From the human T2T-CHM13v2.0 reference genome, Homo sapiens, in the NCBI RefSeq assembly GCF_009914755.1, contig NC_060932.1: DNA of 64,000 nt; one strand, given 5' to 3'. The notes beneath the pieces were generated by a model, which saw only the letters and a program-made list of their open reading frames with translations, was not told where the DNA came from and searched no databases. The position numbers and the translations under genes were made by a program. Below, one piece after another: positions 28,790-43,232 of this stretch. Every line of letters begins with the position of its first letter. Within the stretch, counting starts at the first letter, position 1.

Positions 28790-29348
28790 CTTTTACCCTA
28801 GGAGTAAAGCTCAAATCCCTTGCCCTATCCCATGATGTCCTTCATGAGGCATCCTCTGCCTCCTTGCAGACCTCACCTCACACCACTCTCCCCTAACTGT
28901 CTGTGCTCCAGTCACACTGGTCTTCCACAAGATTCTTGAATAAGTCAGACTTATTCTCACCTTAAGGCATTTGCCTAAGTTGTTTTCTCACTTAGAATGC
29001 AGTTCTCTGACTCCTTCTCCTCCAGACATTAAGAAAAATGTCACTGGGTGCACCTGCTTAGTAGACTCAGCCTAGCTACTGACACCTACTGAAACCTACT
29101 CTGACACCCAGTGTAGATTAGCCACCTAATCATTCTATTAAACATGTTATCATGTTTCCATTCTTTGCATAGCTCAAAAAAAAAAACCTACCACCTGATA
29201 TTCTCTTGTTAATTTCCTTGTGCATTCTATGTGTCCCCAGCTAATAGGTAAGTTTCATAAGAGGGAAAGTCTTGTTCAACATTGCCTTCAATAGCCTGAA
29301 ACAGTGACTGGAAATAGAAGATCTTCAACGCATGAGTGAATGAATTAA
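28790..29348 (+). mobile_element. L2 3' fragment
   Basis: CTGTGCTCCAGTCACACTGGTCTTC..AGGCATTTGC..AACAGTGACTGG..GAGTGAATGAAT. Confidence 0.75.
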
Positions 29349-31099
29349 AGAATAACTCTACAGGACTACTGTATGCAGTAATAGAGACTCTAGCTGACGT
29401 CACTGGAATATTTGCTCAGATTTATGCCTCAAGGAGATAGGTGTACATCTTCTGTTTCATCACTGATGGTTTCAAGGCACTAGAGTTGTCTTCCCAACAA
29501 TCTGGGATAAGGTAACCAGTATTAAGAGGCATGACACTGAATCTAGGAGGTGGGTTGATGTGAGAATTAAGAATGACACTGAGACTTAATGAATGGGTGT
29601 GGTAGAGACCTCTAAGGCAGGTCTTCCTCCCCTTCACATTTTGCCTCCACCCCATTCTCCCTTTTCTCCTGTTCATTCTCACTAAACAAAGGCTTGGCCA
29701 GGAAACAAGTCTGGCCAGCAACATTAATTGGTCATTAATAGGTACATTTTACTTCTTCCTTCTTCTCTCCTGTCATTTCTTCATTCTCTTCTTCTCTTTC
29801 TTCTTCCCTCTCTCCTGCCCCCAATTTTTTCCATCCCTCACTATCTTCTCTTGCAACTTCCATTTGGTTCTGGGAGTGGTGAAGTTGGAGACCACTGCAC
29901 CAAGCCCAGTGCCCGGCACGCAATAGGTGCACATGTTATGCTTGTTGACTGACTGACTAAATGAATGAATCAATGAACAGATTCCGTTCTGCAGTCAGTG
30001 GAATTCTAGAAAGCATATTTTCCTAGATTATTCCAGTACATGCCAAATGGGACAGTCTAACGGTTTGCCTAAATCAAGATGGATCACTTCTCTGGCTTCC
30101 TCTAGGCACTAACAGATCTGCTGCTTGGCCACTGACAGGAATTTCATTAATTGGGTGTGATGTGTTTTTTGTGAAGCTGACAGAATTTATTAGTAACTCA
30201 ATTTTAAGAGACTTAAAAATGAAAGAATCAAAATAGAAAACACTGTGAATTCTATTGTTTTAAATGACAACTTGTCACATGAATAGGTAATGCGTACTCC
30301 TATGGACAAATTCCTTAATTTATTTATTATTTTGGTTAGAATACAATATCTTTTTCTTTACAAGAGAGGTACTAGAATCCTTCAGTAGATGCCTAGATAC
30401 TGCTGTTCTCTTTTGTAACAGTCGCTAAGATACATAAAATTCAGTGATAAAGTTTAGTGGCACGGTTGATTGTTTTTATTTCAGAAATGATTTGCCTCTG
30501 TGGACTCATTTACAGATTTGTTTAGATACATTCTTCAACATGTCTATTCTTTCTATTTTCCAGTGCTGTTCACGAGGAGTTGCTGGCTCAGCAGGCCTCT
30601 TTGTCTCTGTGCTCATGACAAGGACATATCACCTAACTCTGGGCTCTGGCTCACTTAGTAGCTTCTTTGCCGTTGGACTCTCACACCGAGATGTCACCGA
30701 GCAGCAGCCTTTCCCAGGAAGTTGTTAAGGAGATGGGAATCCTCATGCCTGCTGCTTTTTCCCAAATCAGAGGAAGCCCGGGAGCCAGTTGCAGTAAAGT
30801 CTTGCCAGTAACGTTTCTCTTAAGAACGGTGAGAAAATACTATGAAAAGTCACATTTACTTTGATCTAGAATTAAGTAAATTTCGGTGTTTGGGTCTTTG
30901 GCAAAATGTCACAAGTGGAAAGTCAGGACTCACATGATGTCTAGGCTTCTCTCTATGAGAATTATTTTTAGCTTCTCTTGGTATGCTTGGGTTTCATGTT
31001 ATAGCCCCCAACCCTCACCACCCTTAAATACAGTAGAACGAAAAAAGGCAGAAAGAAGTTTAGGGACTGGAGTGGTCCCTGCAGTTGTCTGCTTGGCAT

Positions 31100-31225
31100 C
31101 CAACCTGACTCGGCCCGCGTGGCAGCCTGTGGTCTGGGTGGGCGTCGCCCCTCGTCACGCCCTGTGGGGAGCTGTGATTGGGTCACGCCTGTCAGGGCAG
31201 CCCCGCCCCATGGGTAAGTGACTCA
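31100..31225. promoter_or_regulatory. Candidate CpG-rich promoter/enhancer core
   Basis: 9 CpGs in 31111-31205; GC box CCCCGCCCC 31201-31209; ATTGG (CCAAT on minus) 31177-31181; two GTCACGCC; AP-1 TGACTCA 31219-31225. Confidence 0.5.
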
Positions 31226-31565
31226 GTTCAAACTCATGAGATGTGAGCTTTGGTCACGGAGGCCCTTGTTTCTCTTTAGAGAAAGCTACTCAAAGAAATG
31301 ATCTCTTCCTGGATGTTGTGGTCCACGAATATTATGTCTGGAACATCAGAGCCATCTTGTCTCCATGATGGGAGTTCCATCTAAAGACAAAGTCAAAACC
31401 CAGCAGAGGACACAGCTGAAGGAACACGAGAAAGTGGCATGGAAACGCTGAAGCCCCAGCACCGGCAGACCTCAGTTATTGGGGCCAATCAACCTCTTGT
31501 TACTGTTCAAGCGAGTTTGGAAACGTTGTCAGAGACCCACAACAGAAAACAACTCAAACAGCGTA
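31170..31565 (+). mobile_element. Old MaLR LTR (MLT1J/K/L-like)
   Basis: GTGACTCAGTTC..ATGAGATGTGAG; AGCCATCTTG..CCATGA; CAGTTA..GCCAAT..TTCAAGCGAGTTTG..CAACAGAAA match recalled MLT1 motifs; 5' boundary uncertain. Confidence 0.6.
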
Positions 31566-31595
31566 TGTTTTAACTGTGATTAAAATCCTGTTTTA

Positions 31596-31938
<343 letters not shown>

Positions 31939-33128
31939 TTAAATTTTCATTTGTCAGTAACACTAATCATAAAGAGTTGCCCAAATGAATCTACAGAAAT
32001 GTTTTTGTTTCAAAGGTAAACCCTACCTTGAGTGGATCATTATTTAACATTTGATAACTTTGACACAGAATTCTGCACATCAGAAAAAGATTTTTTAATT
32101 GAGTTCCTAAGTATATCTCAGTTTTGTTCTTAAAATAAAAATGCATTTTATCTAATTCTAAAGTCATTTTACCAGGCTACCATAGATAAAGTCAGAACAT
32201 TTCAACAATTATTGAAGATATGTCTAGAGGTCAATAATTATAATATTAGCTTATTATTTTCATTGTCTTTTCTCAAGACCTTTTAGGAACTTTGTTTTGT
32301 CTTGACAGAATTAAGTAGCAATCTTCTCTGGAAATAACTATGAAAAATCACTAAGTCCATTAATTAGAGAAGTTTCTATTCATAAAAGAAGAGTGGATAA
32401 TAGTTACTGTATTGAAAAAACATTAAAATATGTGTTTTATAAGTAAATGGTCAAGACTTTTAAAACATCTATTTTCTCACTTTTCTAGGAAATAAAAGAT
32501 AGCCAGGGAAAGAAATCCTAAACCCCTAATTTAACTGAAGTATTGTCAATAATTGAAATCATTTGAAGGTTTAATTGCCTCCCACTCTGTGACACGTTTG
32601 TGTGCATTATTGCTCTTGAGGTGGGAGGAAAAAGCTGACCAAGTAGCCTTATGGAAATTGCTTAATAATTAATTCACTTTTTCAAAGGTGGTCAGAACAC
32701 TCAGTGAGATAAACTTTAAGGATAACAAAACTGAATTACACATGTCTGTTTTGGGTAATCTTGACTAATTTTCTTAGTTTATTTCTTCTTTTCTCTGTAA
32801 AATAAGATTAGTAGTCATAACAGGCAACTCTGGCTTACATCTGGGTTCTGCTATTGCATTTCATTTTCATCTCATGGAAAAGGTTTTATAAAGCGTAATG
32901 CATTGCTCTTCTCAGCCTAGAGGTGCAAGAACATTATCTAGCTGAGAAAAAGTAGTTTTGAGTATTAATTAATGGTTGTTAAGATGTCAAAGAAACTCTA
33001 TTTTTGCTTTCCTCTACTGTAGCTTCATTCATGAATATGTTTTGGTTGTAATTGATCTGCATGCCTTATCCATTACACTGCTCAGGCTGATAATATTCAA
33101 TATAGTTAAAAAAAGAAGTACGTATTAA

Positions 33129-33423
<295 letters not shown>

Positions 33424-34209
33424 TCATTATACATTATAGTACAGGAAAGCAGAATACCAGAATTAGGAAGTTTTTATTAGTCCATGTTTTTTATTTTTGT
33501 CCAGACATTTGCTTGGCTAGTAAAATAAGAAGTAGAAGTTATATTTTAAACCTCAGAATAATATATAGGCTTTTTTTTTTAGGTTTCAATATAAATGCAG
33601 TGCCTAGAATAATTTTGGTAATATAGTAAGCACTTCATAAATTCTTGACTAATACAGTAATTAGAATCACTTTGAATATGCTGCATTTATTTACTTAATC
33701 TACTATGCCTATTTTCACCAAGGATTTGAGCAGGCTTAAAAATACATGCAATAAAAAATACCTAAAATAAATAAGTGAGAGAACTAGGATAAAGGAAAAG
33801 TGTGAGTAGAAAAATAATATATCTATGGTAAAATTGACATTTTGAAATGCATATGTACAGTTGCTAGAGATTGGCATCAATTGTCTTTGTGCATCCTGGT
33901 AGCCAAAGTAAAGAAGAAAACATGATCAGTTACATGACATTCAGTATCCTTAAGATTAAAAAAAAAGTTATTCAGAATTATCTTAAACTTATTTGATCAA
34001 TACCCTCGGGAATATTTTCTGATGTGTCCTCATTTATGCAACAATAATCATCAACATTGCCAGTTTGTGTGGATATGTATTGGAGCACTTCGCAATGACA
34101 TCTGGTAAAGGAAGGCTAACCCGTATTTAAGTAAAAATAATTCATAAAGGTCTGAAGCAACATAATTTAAGCATGTAGTACTCTAATGTGGAACCTTTTA
34201 CTGCGATAA

Positions 34210-34410
34210 AGGTAACTCTCTTTAGGATTAGACAGACTGATATGAATAGTAGTCCATTTACTAGCTGTACAACCTCAGGCAGATCACTTCGCCGTGCCTT
34301 ATCTGCAAAATAAAGATAATTAATAGCTACACATGGCATTGTTATTAGCACACCATTAAGTAAATGTCTTAGCCAGTGATATGGAATAAGTGTTCAAAGA
34401 ACGGTTGTTT
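34210..34410 (+). mobile_element. MIR
   Basis: TTTACTAGCTGTACAACCTCAGGCAGATCACTT..TCTGCAAAATAAAGATAAT. Confidence 0.65.
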
Positions 34411-35339
34411 TTATTTTCATTTTCTGTTTTGGTCCGAAGAAAACATTTAGAATAACTGGAGAATTGAATATGTTCTTCAAGCATTTCTACACATTTACTA
34501 GTTCTCATAATGAGGCTATTATTGAGAAGTTATACAACAAATGGTTGAAGTTGTCATTTCTGCCAAGAACCTGCAGTGCAGATATGGAAGAAACAGAGGG
34601 TAGGGGTAAAGTCTGTTACTAAGACACATGCCTGAAAGGAATGGCCACCCTGCAGTAGCAGAAAGGTAGGCGAAGGTACTGCCTAGATGCCGGGACAAGA
34701 TATTCCTCAGAAAACACTTCTCCTGCTGCTCCAGTGTGTAGGTCACTAGTGACTAAGTCCCCAAAGTTCCGGGTTACACATCATCACTTCAAACAACTTG
34801 GCCTGGGAGTTTTTAAGGCGAAGGTTGCAAAGATTATTTATGTGGCCACTGGAATATTTCAGAAAAAGGTGCCAGTGGAAAATACAATTTCAAGTAGTAT
34901 AAATATCAAATTCTCTCAGATAAATTTATTGCAATTATTATGCCCTAGAAACCTAAAACTCATGAAAATATCCTGACTCTAGTGTTCTGCTTATTCATTT
35001 TAAATAATTATAAATTATTTTGAAAGGACCAAAGTGAAACTTTTTAAAATACAAGACACTTTGGATGAAGAAAGCAGTAAATTATAGTCTCTTGCTGTCT
35101 CAAAAAGAGTATTGCTTATTTGGTTGTTAGCTGAAGTTTGTGTCTCTATCTCCTGCCTTCTCACTGTTTTTCTTAAGTGTGGTTTCTTTATCTGAGGTAT
35201 CTGCAGTGGAGGAAAGATGACCCATTAGAATATAAGCTTCAGGAGATAGCATTTTTGTTTGTCTTTTTGTTTTGTTATTGTTATTATCCCCAACAGGTAG
35301 AATTGTTCCTGGCATGTGGTAGGTAGGAACTAAGAAACC

Positions 35340-35554
35340 TTTGTTTTGTTTGTTTTGGTTTTTTGAGACAGGGTCTCACACCGTTGCCCAGGCTGGAGTG
35401 CAGTGGCTTGATCTTCGTTCACTGCAGCCTCGACCTCCTGGGCTGAAGTGATCCTCCCACCTCAGCTTCCCAAGTAGCTGGGACCATAGACATGCACCAT
35501 TATACCTGGCTAATTCTTTCTTTCTCTCTTTCTTTCTTTCTCTCTCTCTCTTTC

Positions 35555-35626
<72 letters not shown>

Positions 35627-35646
35627 TTCCTCCTTCCTTCCTTCTT

Positions 35647-35691
<45 letters not shown>

Positions 35692-35811
35692 TTATAGAGA
35701 TGGGGTTTTGCCATGTTGCTCAGGCTAGTCTCAAACTCCTAGGCTCAAGCAATCGGCCTGCCTCGGCCTCCCAAAGTGCTAGGACTATAGGCATTAGCCA
35801 CATGACCAGCC
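35340..35811 (-). mobile_element. Alu (AluJ type) with expanded central linker
   Basis: Right arm 35340-35513, left arm 35686-35811, separated by a microsatellite. Confidence 0.93.
35514..35685. repeat. Compound (TTTC)n/(TTCC)n/(TC)n microsatellite, pure pyrimidine
   Basis: 172 consecutive C/T bases. Confidence 0.97.
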
Positions 35812-35831
35812 AAAAATAAATAAATGAATGA

Positions 35832-36134
<303 letters not shown>

Positions 36135-36211
36135 TGAGGGAACTAGATCCTTGGAGACAGAACCAGTTTCTCCCTGGATAACTCTACACCACATTATGGG
36201 CAAGAACTTAA

Positions 36212-36501
<290 letters not shown>

Positions 36502-36627
36502 TCTTGCAGAATTTTTAACAAAAGAGCTGCCCAGTACCTTGGAGTAGCTCTAGTCACTAGCTTACCTCTATGAAAAAAGTATTTTTTATGGTAATGAACT
36601 ATTCAAATGGGCATTATTCTACCAGAT

Positions 36628-37405
36628 CAAGGGTTCTGAACATTTTTCTGGGCCATAGACACCTTTTGCAGTCAATAAGCCTACAGCCCCCTTCTCAAAG
36701 TAATTTTTTAATGCATGAAATATAATGCATGGGATTATAAAAGAAATTATTTAAAATAGTGAAATACAGTTATCAAAACATTAAAAAACAAATTTGTGTT
36801 ATAGTAGTATACATATGTTTTTGTTAACACATTGAAGAAAAAGACGACATTTAAAGTGTCAGCAAGTTAGTTTTATTTTTTAAAACATCAGCTACTGTAG
36901 CTTAGCTAAAGTAAGATTATTAAACTGTGGAGTGGTCCTTGACCCATCTCTTTCCACATACTGACTAATACGAAATTGTAGATGGGGAAAGAAATGTGGA
37001 TGCTGAGGTCACCAAGGTATTACACATGACTTCACTGTCAGGTGGCTGATCAAAATGAATTTCAAAACTGCCCAATAGTTGGCCAACTTATATTACAATA
37101 ACATTTGTGGGCAGAAAGACTAGAATCATGTGAACCCTGATGTCAGTATAATAATGACTGCAATTCCAAAACAGTGATGGAATTGTCATTAGTCTTTCTC
37201 TATATATACATATAGAGAGAGAGAGACATTTGCAACAATAATGTAATATAAAAATATCTGAGATTTCCATTAATGATGGAGTTGTAGATTCTTCTAATAT
37301 CATGGTGATACATACTTTCATACTGGAAAGAAGTAGTACATCTCAGTTAATGGCTAGTGACATAAAGATAGAAGCTTCCCTTTCCCCAGAGGATGAGAAC
37401 CTCTG
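36628..37405 (+). mobile_element. MER119 (hAT-Charlie) split by a ~290-bp insert
   Basis: Left end CAAGGGTTCTGAAC..GAAATACAGTTATCAAAACATTAAAAAACAAATTTGTG; right part TGCAACAATAATGTAATATAAAAATATCTGAGATTTC..GAGAACCTCTG. Confidence 0.8.
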
Positions 37406-37784
37406 TACTAAACCAAAAGTTTCTTAGGACTTGGAGGCCCTGATAAATCTTTGCACTCTTAGCAACATCATATTGTATGTCTTGTTCATCCAAGCAAAAT
37501 TATTTTTTACTTAATAAATAATATCCCCTTTGGGGCCTGCTTCTACTTTTCCTAACCCGTTTGGATGAGTTTGATGATAGCAAAAGCCAAGGAACTGGCG
37601 AAGACAGCAAGTGGCCACAGCTAACAGTCAAGCCAGTTCACAAAAGTCCCAGGGAGAAAGATTCCCAGTTTCCCACTTCCAGGACTTCCTACTGGACACC
37701 AATTCTACACAGTAGAACAGTTGAGATGGATTCAGGAATGAATAATTTATTGACACTGATGTCAGAGGGAGAGGCAAGACGTCT

Positions 37785-37928
37785 AGGGTATGTGACCTAT
37801 GGATCAGCAGCAGTCTTTTAGAAATGCAAGAGTCCCAGGCTCCACCCTAGACTTACTAAGCCAGAATATGCATTTCAACCAGACCTCCAGGTGATGTGTG
37901 TGTGCATTAAAACGTGAGAAGCTGTAGC
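37785..37928. mobile_element. MER5A/B (hAT-Charlie)
   Basis: TTAGAAATGCA..CCAGGCTCCACCCTAGACTTACT..CAGAATATGCATTTCAAC..CCAGGTGAT..GTGAGAAGC. Confidence 0.8.
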
Positions 37929-38375
37929 ACTCAGGGTGACAGTATTCCATGTAGTTCACCTAAGTGTCTTCCCTCACGATCTCATCCTTCACCCATACAC
38001 TTTCCTCCGCAGACCTTACTCCTATGTAAGACTTATTTTGCTTGCATGTTACCTTATATTATAAAATCATTAAGGTTAGGAGGGGGTCAATCACTAGAGC
38101 AACTGGGAGAGGTGCCAGTGCTTTGAATGTAGCTGGAACCTCTCTCCATTTGGAGTAATTCCAACCATAAACTTGGCCTGCCTTACTTTGGTTGGTCAGA
38201 AGAATATAAACATTCTACAGTCTCTTTATCTAGTTTGTTTTTCTCAATGTCTTGCTGAGAAATATGTTCTTCAGAATTCACTGACAACACATATTTAATC
38301 TATGGCTCTCCTTCAACACAATAAATTTCCCTTTATCAGCACTAACCCCAAACTCCCTCACCGATTACTACCTGC

Positions 38376-38681
38376 TTTTTTTTTTTTTTTTTTTGAGACG
38401 GAGTTTCGCTCTTGATGCCCAAGCTGGAGTGTGCAAGGGCACAATCTTGGCTCACCACAACCTCCGCTTCCCAGGTTCAAGAGATTCTCCTACCTCAGCC
38501 TCCTGAGTGGCTGGGATTACAGGCATGCGCCACCATGCCCAGCTAATTTTTTGTATTTTTAGTAGAGGTGGGGGTTTCTCCATGTTAGTCAAGCTGGTCT
38601 TGAATTCCTAACCTCGTGTGATCCGCCTGCCTTGGCCTCCCAAAGTCCTGGGATTACAGGCGTGAGCCACCGTACCCAGTC
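38376..38681 (-). mobile_element. Alu (AluSp-like)
   Basis: GAGTTTCGCTCTTG..GGCTCACCACAACC; GGTTTCTCCATGTTAGTC; TSD ATTACTACC. Confidence 0.95.
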
Positions 38682-41547
38682 TAATTACTACCCTCTTTAA
38701 ATGTATCTCCCTATAAAAAGAAGTTCATCTCTGTGGTCCCCCACATCCTTCCCTACTGACTCTCCCCTTCTGGCAGTTCTCTTGGACTCAGCTGTTAGGA
38801 CCATCAGGACCCAGTTCATAAATGGATATACTGCAAAATTTTGTTTTAAAATCTTTTATTTGAAATTACAATGCACATTCTAACAGAAATTGTATACTTG
38901 GTTTTTCAAAATAACAAGGAAAAGATTATTACGTCTTTAATATGGTTGTGGAATTGTTCATCTAAAATGAAAGGGATAATAAAGCAATGTAATTGCAATA
39001 CAGTAACTAAACATGAGGAAAAACCAATGACATTGAATACGAAGTGATAATATATGCATTTTAGATTTGGTTGAACTAAAGAAGCATGAGTATCATCTGT
39101 GAAGAGCATAATAAGGCTACCTTTTATTATTATGAATAATTACATCTAAAAATAGTTGCTGTTCTATTCCTGAATATAAATGGTATCCAGGCCCTACCAG
39201 ATGTAACTTGGGTCTCCTGGTTCCTTAAGAATAACATACTTTTCATTCCAGTTTTTAATCAACTCTACCCACATGTTCAGGCAATCATTGGTGTAAAACT
39301 TGAGACCTTTAGAGAAGGAGCCCTTTGAGATTCCTCTTAGAACCACACTGCCATCATCCTCTGCCTCCCTTGTGCTAATCTCTTCTGACTCCATGACTCC
39401 TAAATATTCTTCTGGGGAAAAGCAATATTTTGAACTGAGCGACGGTATGAGTTTCAGATCCCAGCGTAAATCCTGACTTGGGTAGATGAAGGTACGGGAT
39501 GTGTTATACTCAGTCTCATGGAATGTCAACTCTGAGTGTTAGAGAAAGTAATTCTTCCATAGCAAAGTTTCTGAAAATAATAGGACTCAAGAAAACTCAT
39601 TGAGTCCAAAATGTTGATTTCAGCAGGAACAAAGCAAGTACAACCTGACCCCAAAGGGGAATCAATTTTAACAAACGTGTGGAAACAGTCTCAGAACGGA
39701 ACACATCTGAGTTACTTGTAATTAATTGACTTTAAAAGTCATGATTAAAACCTATCCAGTGGCCCTTAAAAAACTGACTCAGTAACTTTGAAAATAATCT
39801 CTGTATTGACATGGTTCAGGTAACGGACCCTCAAAATGGAAGTGTTAAGTTGGTTCTATCACAGAGATTAATTATTCTTTGGGAAACAAGTGAAAATTAA
39901 CAAATTGATTTCATGTGGTATCCAAACTTGTGCACAGCCCTTGCAATAATCATTGAAAGTTATTTAGCACAGAAGGAGGACCCACAAGCTAGCTCCTAAG
40001 AAAAAAGCAAGAGCCATGACACCACATTCCTCCGCATCGCTGTGATCTTTATTAGGACTCCAAGAAAACACAGGGCTGAGCAGTAACTCATTGCCTCAGT
40101 TGCTCTATAAGACATAGAAGAAAAGCTGTTTGGGATAAGAGGAAAATTTTGGAATTTTATATAAAGAAGACTACTTACTACCTGTTAAAAATTACTAATT
40201 TTTCGTCTTCCTTTTAGTCATACCTAAAGACTCCTACATGGCTTTGATGACATAAAGAGTTTGTAGAGTGAAGACAGAAATGGTGAATGAATAAACAATT
40301 TGGGCTTGAATGTAATGACCAAAAGAAGTCCAGGAGAGTTTCAGGTAGGGAAAAAACGGAAAGTGAAAGTTTTCACTTCCAAAATAGTGACAAATCCCAA
40401 TGAAACAAATGAAAGAAGTGTTCTGAATTGAGACAGTTATAGACAATCTACCATTTTCTTTTTAATCAGTATTAAAACACAAACTAAGTTTTATTTAGCA
40501 TCTTATTAAACCTATAGAGAACTATTCCTTATACTATTTTAGATATGTAAAAACTTGAATAACGTTTTATCTTCTAAAGAGAATTTATAGTGTCCCCATG
40601 CTGGGTAATTCTGTAATAATGAAATACATTTCTACTTTGAAATATCTGTTAATAAAATCTGATTTTGGTATATTTCTCAAGATACTTGATTAAAATGTCA
40701 TCTTAACAAATATTTGAATGATAACATTTTTCTTTAAAAAAACCTACTGTATATTTCATCTTTGGTATTATCAAAAAACAGAGTATATAAATCTGTAGAT
40801 CTTGCTACATTTTCTGGAAAAATTGACATCTTTTGGATTAAGGTGAAACTTCATATTTTGAGAGTGTTTTAAGTTATAGCATACCTTGATTGTGATTTGA
40901 AACCTGTATATCTCAGACTTTGTGTTTCTTTGAATTATAGAAAGGTTTAATGAATTTTGGGTTGCTATTAGAGTCTAGAAAATGCTCAAGTAGATAATAG
41001 GATATGGATACCCTAACAATAAATCCATTAGCTTTTGGTATTGGGTGTTAGGTTTCAGTCACAAGCTTTTCAATTTAAAAAATCTTTTATTCCCAGGGAA
41101 CCAACTTGCAGCTACATCCACAATTCCTCAACACTGGAACAACATGCTTATGACCTTTCCTTTTCACAGCAACAGTGACGTGTTTGGTTTGTAACAGTTT
41201 CTGAACCACTGAAGTACTTTTCAACTTTCTCCCTTGGAAAAGCTGGCATCTTGCCTGAAATCCTTGGTGTGGTCTAGCATTGCTTTTGTTTTAATCACAT
41301 TCCAGTGAGAAACAGCCACTTAGCCAAATTTACATCAGCACTTCCTATGGTAGCTATTGGAAACAGCACGGGCAAAAATGTTGCTATCTACTGCATTCAT
41401 TGGACTCTGGTAGCTTGTAACAAATAAATAGATGTATTTTGGCTCCTCTTCTCCACACTTTTCCTCTATGTTTAAAAATATTTTGAACAAAAGATGAAGT
41501 GTTGACATTTTATCATTCTTAGGAACCCACTAAGTAAAAGATTGTAT

Positions 41548-42364
<817 letters not shown>

Positions 42365-43232
42365 TGCTGGCTACACATCTTTCGAAATAACCACAAAATA
42401 CACGAAAGGTATTATGCTCAGATTTAAGGACTATACCCTTTGGTTTACAGATTTAAATGTTTTCTACTATGGAAGCAGGCTGAAGGGCTTGAATGGGAAG
42501 AGGATGGATGGTTGCACGGCTGCCCTGGTAGATGCTGAATGTCCTCTGGGTGATACCATTAGTAATGGTCCATCTGTTCTCTTCCAGTGCCCTGATCACC
42601 CTCCTGTGGCCAGTAATCCTCAAACCTCATTTTTTCTTATTGAGGATTTAAGCTGAGCTTTCTTTAAATGATTGGTGGTTTGAGGCTAGGTGAGAATATT
42701 TGAGTTGGGGACATGGTTTGAGAATAAATACGTACAGATCCACATATATGCCAACTCTAATGGAGACAGCACCTGGGCCTGCCTGGCAGGAGGTCTGTGT
42801 AGAGACTTTGACCTTCAAAACACACACTCCCCATTCCTCTTTATTTGCTGCACTAATGCCTGTGTGGTAAATGTTTGCTGCACTCTGGATTGTGTTATAA
42901 CACTCTACACCTCTTTAATGCCTGGGAATTAAGGTGGAGGTGTCAGATTACCTTGCATAAAATATTACTGTACACTATTTTGACATGTAGGAATAGGACA
43001 ACAGGAAATGAAAATACTAAAGAGAATTGGGTCTCCATCCTTTTCTTTGGAAGGAATCTAAATCAATATTAAGTATTTTCTTTCTGCACTGAAAAATTAG
43101 AGAACTTGCTGTCTGTGACAGCCTTTTGGAAATTATGCAAGTCACTGACTTGTGGGTGTCATATTATATGCCTATGTCTTATTTACAAATTATGGTGTAT
43201 GGACATTTGGGAGACAGGAATCAAGCTTATTA

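Noticed and set aside
33690-34150. Possible very old LINE 3' end (CCAAGGATTTGAGCAGGCTT.. motif)
   Set aside because: Resemblance too weak to assign a family without an HMM search.
35376-35728. Lys/Glu/Arg-rich and Ser/Phe/Leu-rich ORFs
   Set aside because: Translation of the (GAAA)n/(GA)n microsatellite inside an Alu.
39194-39529. 111-aa minus-strand ORF with protein-like composition
   Set aside because: Non-ATG start, no domain I recognise, no convincing splice boundaries; the length is compatible with chance.
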